From assembly GCA_964430885.1 (NCBI GenBank), contig CAYSHM010000018.1:1-28104 (forward strand): a DNA stretch of 28,104 nt, given 5' to 3'. The first letter of the stretch is position 1. The number at the start of each line of letters is the position of its first letter. The notes under the pieces are model-generated. The model did no database searches. It saw only the letters and a program-made list of their open reading frames with translations, and had not been told where the DNA came from. This document shows, piece by piece, positions 19,401 through 26,800 of the stretch. Made by a program: the position numbers and the translations under genes. This DNA is from an uncultured archaeon. GTDB lineage: Archaea; Thermoplasmatota; Penumbrarchaeia; JASLWR01.

Positions 19401-20200
19401 GAATGGTTTTCCTCATAACCCGCGAGGTCCAATTCGAACTTCTCACCCTTCTCCAAAAGCACCTGTAATTCGGACATAGCAGACTCCGCCTTTTCCTTGA
19501 AAAGATCTTTCAGGAGGGATATATAGAGCTGGTGGGCCTCCTCGGCTTTGTGATGGGCGGATTTGAAATCCTTGTCCTGGTAAAATGACTGCGCTTCCCC
19601 GTTAAGGGACTGAACGGCATCGGTATCCATACCGAGCCCCTTTCCTTCCTCCATTGATTTCTTGAGTATGGACAGCAGTTCGCTGCTCCTCTGGGAATGG
19701 AAGGATTGACGGCACGAATCCAGGCTGTCCTTGAGACTGGGGAATAGGGTTAGCACCTGTATATAATCCCGGTCCCTGACCCTGTTGGATATCTCTCGGA
19801 AAACCTTGTTGGCATCCTTGAGGTCAACACCCATGGAACGCATCTCGGTAAACTCTTTATGAGTGTTCTTCAGGATATTTCGGGCCATCTTCTTGGCGCC
19901 CTTTCTCTTCACAGAGCTAATCTCGTAATTCAGGGCTGCCATCTGGTCTCCCAGATCGGATGTGTCACCTTCCTGTAACCTGCCCATGGCATCCTGGAGC
20001 ATCTTCCGGGCCTTGCCCAGGTTCAAACCTAGATCGGTGAGAATACCTATATCCTCTTCCTTTTCCTTCAAAAAGGACTCAGGGTCCTTGATATCCATAC
20101 CTTCATCCTTGAACCGGGCCAGTTCATCAAGCAGTCCGGGTTCGTTCTTATCTGTTCCAGAAGTTTTTTCCTCCGCATTCATCCTGTTTTCGGCCGTCAT
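10466..20200 (-). CDS. Giant acidic alpha-helical repeat protein (about 3244 aa) with C-terminal C4 zinc ribbon; function unknown
   Basis: Uninterrupted 9.7-kb ORF, E/L/K/D/A-rich, with units of about 66 aa of the form LG(L/M)D....L..A......(G/D)(D/E)(Y/F)..A. Ends in a Pro-rich linker and CPSC-x16-CPHC. Start placed at ATG 20200 (MTAENR, with GAGCTGGT upstream); the ORF track uses TTG 20302. Confidence 0.9.
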   Translation of the reverse strand: MTAENRMNAEEKTSGTDKNEPGLLDELARFKDEGMDIKDPESFLKEKEEDIGILTDLGLNLGKARKMLQDAMGRLQEGDTSDLGDQMAALNYEISSVKRKGAKKMARNILKNTHKEFTEMRSMGVDLKDANKVFREISNRVRDRDYIQVLTLFPSLKDSLDSCRQSFHSQRSSELLSILKKSMEEGKGLGMDTDAVQSLNGEAQSFYQDKDFKSAHHKAEEAHQLYISLLKDLFKEKAESAMSELQVLLEKGEKFELDLAGYEENHSGLKELMEKEEFREAYTGSAPVLKDMGSALNSVMSDMIQQMKEDLGTMEDQARPIEADLSSIMDSAAEAHQLSEDGELEKAIELMKKVNKNAEKAIYDRNTTMRKQDLEDMSRELRELEKTTGRKLSDARYLLNRSAKVLMKGEFSEVDSLKEELKEELHLQDRLHQVEEYGNMMDGLEDGLDRVREVEVDIKSGDELLEVVREKITLVTMKDDISESELESIKKRIDWIKEMIENANMVQAKPLAQEQLVSSKAYFDETANLGVDLAAEERELAKVTEFIANDDHIAALKLSREVYDMIAETKKIHFKNACRDQFQILKELMGKAKGLEIDITGEASSLRELSVVFKNEEYVEALDTALILTEALEGKIENRLLELLSEHWEEIEELMEMGECIELSAQYIDPAAGDLEKADEMRGEGELEPAIQLLTDRAEALKGSLDDRMTEMRSDQLKECTSSLSEIMAETDAEYQDLQEMLDTAKSSITDKDYDGADTLFAEFATKRERHLRDFNLDETKKTLEVRSGELEPIDNVDISTEHISESITQALQQIEEDDLEGAGETLTEVDELLKELRNETAKDELNRRLEAVREYFQRLEDTELDLSEQETILASAEGALSENRNVEGCAIVDELAVTMEEIETDYLRGQAEVAMDKANEILEVTRELGLDTASVEAFLLDAESRFSDGDYVESETAAGKAEEEGLSIKAAYDWKCTQELFHSVREEMKGAEEFSLDISPMEDIMDKAGQELEEDRFQEAQETADSALREYRALREKEIRKLYSAETDDWNEMLVKGQGLEVDTSDLEERFMETKNVFQEGEIYKSLMDLRELYSDIKTRVDRKLDEILAEKQEILRKLMTEAEEYELDTESADGSLTQSDQLRETLEYHQAIELIDNARDQLHNTIDAKKTELKEGDLEECRLSLEKFLDRTGGEYQDLCEMLDLAEDAIKNKEYQEVDRLFGSYETNLGDHERTFQLKLAGEALEGFRENVSEIRKARIEADEIEEAIEAGLHLVEETDLEKAQEQVGSVKKMVQHIGQETAKHELRGRIDSAKKLFVELNRLRLDLDREKREFNGIRNHIQNKDFLGGCQTVDMLQTSLLDIRTEYRRDQAQKAMDLTEQLLSTLEEIGLDREEVSAGLAEARVKFDEEDFLASRELAEKAVALARKIKQDYDKQCAQERLDELQKLMDEGQELGMNIHPVDKIVYGSYGLFEEGDYGETQVLCERAQKIYTSRKTEFLKNKAKEKMAEARDLIQDAEDLGLDSVSEESLLNYADADMEEGDDESALEFIEDAIKNLKNMIDLEQKNRFCSEYIRGRDEFVKNIDQWESLGMNVANIRDSCALAVEAARKGDARALEKYKEATEGIVEHVRQDQGKKLLDVNLPRVRSLYEEVKAHETDLTEETGVMERAENAAEEKDYILALRLLDQLNDVLLEKQKPFMEGVFTLLVEGRAMLDELKEIGIQNPEADGMMEEAQDSFNNNIFSRASELAVRAKELCTVNRDRFFKDGASELLAEISGILDGEPDVDLDYFSESYGGASLKFEEDMFKQAHDQAEDILAELKKAIVQTKYQRASDNIKRCRELLMTAEEEELDLSEYLERLEELDLHLEAKDYEEVSRGTQEFRADLTDLLNRHYQPMYQEETEEFGVLLDEAVKAELDTDSEDKSRDLFSQSARDGAYYSTTLELREVVEELKSKLTKARKDELAQRITEALRIYDTLKREMEDLKEQYPEESSKLLSMGNSLTNADIAMKENELDNSEAFLAEFGGSMKGFRTILLKEVFPAVFGDLEIRLQDVGRAGFSAPIAEELLNSAREHIEAGELDPLFELQATILESLDEAETSLKDVAKEKVTALRASFRDLQLKGIDLSDQKDAFMDIRMAFKNGNYSSAVENMIKVEGALELRMESYYTLKVEGLLAKAEEFIDQCEERHVIKDLRQKQYDINTQLNKKKFQSASEKADSLMEYIDGLRREDELSGATAILREVEDMAGKIRENLGEDIYSGSGADPILTEARADYREERFADCRDKCIEARNILARINRDHMKQNAQADLERAPEVINEMARLGLDTDRARELLDEAGDHFSSEKFQQTLDTLRDLRLLRLEAEVKDISEFVELARNKPFISDARKEEMLRDLDELEVMVDSGEEAGARAEMERFAVLKAELEIRMDKEKQFSSLYEEIYQQLARNEKRGVDTPGALVSMRAKADREHEAGNLDPAIDLLLDMKTQLKELYKTHIEGRGKDELKELKDRFRAELEVIRDLGHNAIRQLRDPIKVIQLQMEQCQKNIRDNDYEQCVDTLPELSTNLDRLTEERMPIETQMVIGKAEKELERNKELDLEDFNSEALLIRARDTLEKKEFEEAKELAREAVEICLKARREAGSKRMDIIYEEVESMILEGRDLGLDMDVVEMRLSEINGLMAGEDQENAEKKLEELHKQAEDMIASVMGSQLEKKKEEVMSLMQLAQEDRVKIEDIQKTWEDVNERESKGDFKKAVEILKSLEKTINKALEVRKLEEAQDELDMAFEDLDELKDNTGKDYPDLEEILNDALDASSAGDLELINRKLKEFTEVLELQRSSNEKDLYKSKLAKLEERLLGYEGLDIDTTEGKNLLSKGREQIEKGYYGQATDTMTEMRHFMKSDLNAQLKVRAENNISEMDPKLNVLRNSRRDSSQLESKFTAILDHLDQERFMKAYIGSLNLKKSLDSAYYRIIGNHLFARLKSVEAFYLEIKKKPYFSDKYLKVMRSAIKDLQSHYSGSEWKEMEEKIEVMEKMITELRDKMSNRDEAYKLVETVDKYVEAARDLAADIDAELKLNTKAGRLLEEEDIDKAITILKNVIVKLKAKINSRRQKIAGMVLDDARDEYDTKKDKIETPTAKKVEALLKVSKDSLDSGKYELSIKNAKHIKRILSNYEGPEPPAPTQSSRPREEPKPRKQPEEDAPKKVRVKCPSCAGAFAVMLKQFPAAAACPHCGERVVIRG
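15650..18001 (-). repeat. Intragenic higher-order tandem repeat, period 1389 bp (463 aa)
   Basis: TCCTGGTACT (part of EYQDL) occurs at 17991 and 16602. Downstream landmarks also recur: ETAKDEL/ETAKHEL, GCAIVDEL/GCQTVDML, YLRGQAEVAMD/YRRDQAQKAMD and YDWKCTQE/YDKQCAQE. The left boundary is approximate. Confidence 0.75.
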
Positions 20201-20775
20201 TTTTACCAGCTCATTTTTGTTTATAGACAATTGTAAGTAGGGTTTTGGTGCAGTTAGTGGGATCCTTTGTGCAATCCAAATGGTCAGAGTATTATTCTCC
20301 AAACCTGGATAGGGCTAGAGGATATTCCTCTGCCAAGTGCTTGTACTGTATATTTCAGGCGATACAGCCCTTGAGCTTCCCGGAGTATTTACCCGAATGA
20401 AGCAGGGCGTCATCTCCGCCGGCCGATGGTGGAAAGGCCAGATATGGAGTTAGCAGGTTCGCATGGGTCTAGAACTCCTCCTTCGAACCCGGTGCGGTCT
20501 GCAGATATTTATCGGGTGACCCTTTGACATTCCTAGGGTTTTCTAAAGCTTTCATATGGTATTATATAGGGCATTATCTAGGGTAATCAAACATACCGTA
20601 TGCGAGGTAAAATCACCCTTTCAAAATCTGATATATATTTATTGATAATTAAATATTCCTATGATTGAAAATAATAAATATATAAGGATTTTTTCAAGAA
20701 AATGCAAATATGCTAGGAATTTTCAGAAGGTTTTGGGAGAATTCATACAGCTTAGAGGAACGTTCACACTGTCCC

Positions 20776-20800
20776 AAAGAAAAAAAAGGCAAAATAGAAA
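20776..20800 (-). terminator. Putative archaeal oligo-T terminator
   Basis: The minus strand reads TTTCTATTTTGCC followed by a T8 run, about 35-60 bp past the stop of the 20836 gene. Confidence 0.4.
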
Positions 20801-20835
20801 GGATAATTACACCGGTTATATCCCAATATTAACTT

Positions 20836-23800
20836 CTACATTGTCTTTATCAGAGCCCGTTTTCCGCAGTAGGGACAGGCCACTGCAGCAGGGACCGTCT
20901 CCACAAGGGCGGCGAAGGGTTTGCGGCATGAGGGACATGCTATCTTCATCCTCATGGGGCCTTTCCTCTCCTTCTTGGGTTCGGGTCTCCTGTCCGGTTC
21001 CGTCTTGAGCCTTACACCGTCAAGGAACTTCTCAAGCTTTCTGGATGATCGGATAGATTCCTCGAACTTCTCCTCGTTTATACCCTGTTTGGATTCCAGC
21101 AGAAGCTCCTGGGCGAAATGAATATCGGACTGGTCCATGCGGTCCCGTTTCTCGGTGAACTCGTACTCGGCTTCCTCCAGGACCCCCAATGAAATTTCCC
21201 GGCGCCTTTTGTTGATCTTCTTCTTCACCTTCACAAGAATATTGCGCAGCTGTGTCATGGCCCTCTCGCCCTTGTCCTCTGAAATGAGCTTCTCGGCGGT
21301 CTTCTTGACCTTAAGCTCATCATCGATATCAGCGGCGAGGTTCTCGGCGGTCTCGATGGCCTTCTCAACGTTCCTGAGCATCTCCTGGACCTTGTCCTGG
21401 TCCACCATCCTTCCCCGCAGCTCCTCCATGACCTTGTCCATTGCCGCGAACTTCTCCTCCATGGCCGCCCATTCGGCGTTGGAATAATGGGACTGCAAGT
21501 CCTCCAGGGCTCTCTTCATGATCTCCTTGTACTTGTCTGAGAAGTAGGGTTTGGACCTGACCTTGAGATAGAAATCCTCCACCTCCTTCAATCGAGAATA
21601 GAGGCGCTCCCTCTTGGCGCTGTTGAGAATCCCGTAGATCTCCTCCTTCAATTTTGTACTCTTGATAAAGGCGACCATGAACTTCCTGTTGTCCATAGAG
21701 GTAAGGAGATCGGTGAAATCGTTCTCAAAACGGTCAAGGACTATCTCGCTTGACCTGAGCTTCTCCATCATGGTATTGAGCTCGTCCAGGTTGTCCTGGG
21801 CTCTGACCTGAACCTGAGCAGGAAGGTCCTCGTCCAGATACTTGTTGAGCTCGTGAATGTCATCCTCGGCCTTGCCGAACTCGCCCTCATTGACGAAACC
21901 CTTTATCCTGTATAGGAGCTCCTTACCCACGGAGACATCCATGTTAAGACCCTCGAAGGTCAGCATCCTGTCCTCATGGTCGTCGACTATCTCCTTGTAG
22001 CGGTCCTTTGCAAGGTCCAGGGATTTGGTCTGTCTCATATGGTAGAATAGCTCTAACTGCTCCTCGGTGATATCATACTCCCCGTTGGTGAAATGGTCAA
22101 GCACCCGCTGAAGTATCTCCTCCAGGTCGGAAAAGGCCTCACCGCTCTCAACCTTGAACTGCTCGTAGGACTTGAAGGCGGAATCCAGTTTATCCTTGAC
22201 CTGGTCCCGGTTCTTGGTGGATATCTTCCTGCTTATCTCCTCCTCGATACCATCGAGCTTGGCCATTGCATCGCTATAGTTCTTGGCCTCCTCCAGGGCG
22301 GCAATCGATCCCATTTCCGCTCTCAACGCCTCAATGTCAATATTCTCTTCTCCAGCCAGGTCAATAAGGGATTGGATCTCGGCCTTCCTGGTCTCAAGTC
22401 TGCTGAGCTGATGGTGCCCGATAATATCCATTGCAAGTGCTCTCGTATCCTCTATGAGTGCACGGGCCTCCTGAAGCACCCTCTCTTCCAAGAGGTGCTC
22501 CACCCTTGGGAGCTGGAGGTCCACCGGGTCCATGTCCAGACCCAGTTCTTCACCCTGGGCAACCAAGAGCTCTGTTGTCTTCAGCATCTCCTTGATCATT
22601 CCGCTCTCGGCGCTCATCTCGGCCTCCAGAGCCGACTCGTAGGCTATCTTGGCAAACCGGAGGGTGTTGTCAAAATTACCCTCCTCGTAGGCGTTGTTGG
22701 CCTTGAATAGGTAAGCCTCACTGTTGAAAACGTCCATACCAAGGTCCTTGGACCTCTTGACCTGGTCCCTGGCCTTGGACAGGAGTTCGCCGGCCTCCAG
22801 CTGGCTGCGGTCGTCCCTGAATGATGCAAATAGCTCCTGGGCCTGGTCCACAAAAGCTATGCACTCCCTGAAATTACCCTCTTCAAAAGCCTTTCGGGCG
22901 TATGCGGTCTTGGATTCCAGAGATTCTATGGTCTCGGCCATACCGGTCTTGGTGTCCTCATCCAACATTCCGAACTCCAGCTTGATCTTGCCTTCCAGGG
23001 TTATTAACCTCTCCTCTGCGGTTTCGCTCATCTGATCGTTGTACTTAGCTCCCAGTATCCGGGTGACATTCCTCAAGAGCTCAATGGCTATGTCCAGCTT
23101 GTTGTTCTCTCTGTGATTGATCGCCATACCAAGGTCCCTCTCTATCTCCTCGGGGACCTCTATGCCGTTGTCCCTGCAGAGGGTCATTAGAAGATCGGTC
23201 TCCTTATAGAGCTGATGGTACTCCCTCATCTGGGTCACCTTGAGCCTGGTAGCCTCTACCAATTCGGAGCACTCTCTTGTGGTTTCCATGGCTGCAATGT
23301 ACTGTTTCTCGGAAAGGGTCAGCTCCAGTGTATCCAGGAGCATTCTGATCTCCTCGCCCTCAATTGTAACGTCCTGATCGGATACGCTGATCACCTCAAG
23401 GAAGTTAAGGAAACCTCCCCGCTTGAACTCTATGTACTTCATACGGAAGGCATTCAGGTTATCCATGGCAGTTTCCATGTTGCCTGACTGGTAATCCGAG
23501 CGGGCTAGTTCTAGAAGCTGGACCATCTCGTCAAAGGGGGCCACCTCTTCGGGCTCCTCCTGTATGAGCACCCCGCAGTGCTCAAGCCCTCTCTCCACCC
23601 TTATCTTGAGGTTCTTGTCGCTGAGTACGGACAGACCTTCGGCCATATGCTTGAGTATCTCCATGGTACCCTGGTAATCCTGTTTCTGGAATGAATCCTT
23701 GGCCTGGGTGAGCTGGTTGTAAATATCCTGGACCTCCAGTTCCGCCGGACCTATGCTCGCCTCCAGTTCCTTGACCTGGGCATCGGTGTTCTTCAGGTCC

Positions 23801-26800
23801 ACCTCCGCCTTGGTCTTCAGAGACGATATCTTCATCTGTTCAATATGAGTATGCAGTTCTTTAGCCAGCATATAGGCGTTCTCGAATCGGTCCCTCTCGT
23901 ACCAGCGTTTGGTATCGTACAGACGCCGCCTGATCTCCTTGACCTGGGAACGCTCGCTTATGCATGACATTAGCTCCTGGGCATCGGCCATGGTGGACTC
24001 CACGAAATTCTTCTGGAATGCGCCCTTCTCCTCCTCCAGTGTTACCTGGGTGGTGAGCATGTTCTGGGCGGCCAGCATGTAATCCCTCTCCTTGATGGCG
24101 TTCTGAACAGAGGTGAACTGCTCCCTTGCCCTTGTGAGGTCAATACCTCTGGCATTCAGGTCACGGAAGCTTGTCTTGAGAACTACCAATCTCTGCCTGA
24201 TTATCTCTTTGATACGGGATTCGGCATCGTTCAGAATGTCCTCTATGTGATGCTGGACCTCTATGTAGCTGTCGAGATCACCCTCCTCAATATGCTCCTG
24301 TCCGCTGATAATAAGCTCACGGGCCAGTGCGGTGGTGAGTCCCAGGTCCTCCAGGACCTTCACCTTAACGGAGTACTTTTCGGCAATTAGCGGATATATT
24401 TTTTCCTTCAGAAGCTCCCACTGTTCACGGGATATGCTCTTGAACTCGTCCATGGATTCCCCTGCAAGCTGGTACTGGTCCTCGGTCATTTGGTCCTCTG
24501 CCGAGGTAATGAGGATCTGAAGCTTCTCTATGTCAAGCGGTGTGAAATCGAAATTCTCCAGAATGGTCTCCGCATTCCCGATGTACCGGATATGCCTCTT
24601 CACCCTGGTCCTGGCATCGGACATGTCCTTCAGTATGTCTGATCTGGTCTTGTCCACCATGCGTCCGTTAAGATCGTCAGCCAGGGAATTCACCTCGAGC
24701 TTGGCTTCATAATACCGCCCTTCCCCGGAAAGAACCTTGACATCCATGAGATTCTGGGGCACATCAGATACATCAATCCCCTGCTCCTTGACCTTCTGGA
24801 TTACGGTTGTCAGGTTGCCCAGGTCCAGCTGGTAGTCCTCCTCGGAGACGCCGTTGAGGAACAACAGCAGCCGAGCCCTGAGGTCGGCAAGGGTTTCCGA
24901 AGTACCTTCCAGGTCACCTTCCTGCAGGAGCTGTTTGGCCATAACGAAACTTTCCAGCTCCGATGTTATGTCCAGCTCCTTTCCAGCCCCTGCTTCCAGG
25001 AGAGATGATATATCTTCGATATCGCCTTCCAATCCTGTTCTCCTGTGCTTTCTGAGTTCATCAGCCACGTATGCCTTGGCCTCCTCTGCCACTGACAGGG
25101 CGTTGTAGTAGCGCCTTCTCTTGAGAAGGGTGCTCACCTTGCCGATGAAGGTGCTCACCTTCCATTTGTTGATCTGAATACCCTTTTGTGAACATTCATC
25201 CTGAAGTGCTCTCACCTCATCCAAGACCTCGTCGGTCCTGTTTCTGGTGAAGTTCTTCTTGGCATTGATGGCAATCTCTTTTGCTTCCCTGAGCTTACGC
25301 TCCGCTCTTGAATATAAACCCTCGTTGTAGAACTCCTGTGCATCCTCCATGATATTGGCAAGTGCTGTTATGTCGAGTCCCACCTCCACTGTTTCCGTTA
25401 TGAAACCCCGGGTCTCCTCTATGAGCTTCTGCACCCTCAATATGAATGGTTCCTGAAGCTGGGTCAGATGGGATGAGAGGTCGCGGTTGATCTTCAATGC
25501 AAGAACATAATCCTCGTTCTTGTTGGCATCGTTTATCATTACAAGTTGTTCCTTGTTGGAAGAAAGGTCGTTGCCCTGGGCCATGACCTCTTTGAAGAGC
25601 TTGGCAGTATCCTTGGTCCTCTGGTTCGACAGTTCCTTGGCCTGGAGTGCCTTTGCCACTCCCACCAGCTCAACCATTCTCTTTCTGTACTGCTTGAAGT
25701 TGCGTATATCCTGCTCCTCAGCGTTCTTCAGGGCTAGATGGAACTGCCCCCTTGCGGCAGACATGTCCAAACCCAGTTCCTTCATCTCATCGATCTCAGC
25801 CTTGATATCGTCCTTCTCCGAGAGGAACTCCGATATGACGCTCACCGCTTTCTGGTGTGTGATCTTTGCATTTAGAGACTGGACCACTGCATTGACAAGA
25901 CCCAGTGATTCGCTGTATTTCTCCGCTGTAAGAACAAGTTTGGCATTATCAAAGGTGGACCTTTCGGAACTGACATCAAGACCCATCTGCTGAGCATTGA
26001 TGAACAGGATGTCGGCTTGGGCCAAAAGTTCAGTTATCCGGGCCCGCATTATCACAGCTCTCTTGTCCCTGAATCCGTCCTCGGCGCCCCTTATCAGCTT
26101 CGTTCCTTCATCCAGTTTTCCCTCTTCAATAAGCACTCTGGCACTGGCAAGCTTTTCACGCATCTGAACAGTATCTATCCCCAGCTCAGAATTATTATCC
26201 ATGAAACGGCCCACTTCGTCTATCTTAGCGAGTGCGGTCTCGGCCTCGTGCTGGTCCCTCACCCCGCTGCAGATATCCAGTGACTGACAGAGCATTTCCC
26301 GGATGGATGCTAGGTCCTCTGAACTATCCAGGCCCTCTTTTGCCTTGAGAGCAAGATCCCGCGCCTCAGAAACATCAAGCTCCTTGTCTGACAGGTCCTC
26401 AAAGGTAGCCTCGGCCTCCTTGAGCATCTTGGAAAGCTCGCTTCTCTCATATTCCTCCTCCTTGGCCCCAAAGCGGGCAATTATCTCCACTGTACCCTCA
26501 CTAGCTGTTAGGTAGTCACCTTCCTTGACTTTCATAAGTATATTTTTAAAGAGGTCTTTCTCTTCTGTTACATCCTGTCCTTTCTCCTTGAGGGACGCAA
26601 ACATCTCCTTGGAGCGCCTGGCATTGGAAAGGGCTAGCTCCTTGGCCTTTGTTGAAAGTGTCCTATCGAGTTCCTCACGGGTCCTCTGAAGTGCATCCCG
26701 GACCGCTTCATTGTCTCCACTGGAAAGCTGGTCCTGGCAGTGAGCGGTCAGCTCCTTGAGAACATCATTCATGATGCCGAGGTTAAGAAGCCGTCCAGTC

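Noticed and set aside
20440-20520. tRNA suggested by GGTTCG / TTCGAACCC T-arm-like strings
   Set aside because: I could not build an acceptor stem, D-arm and anticodon arm around either string on either strand.
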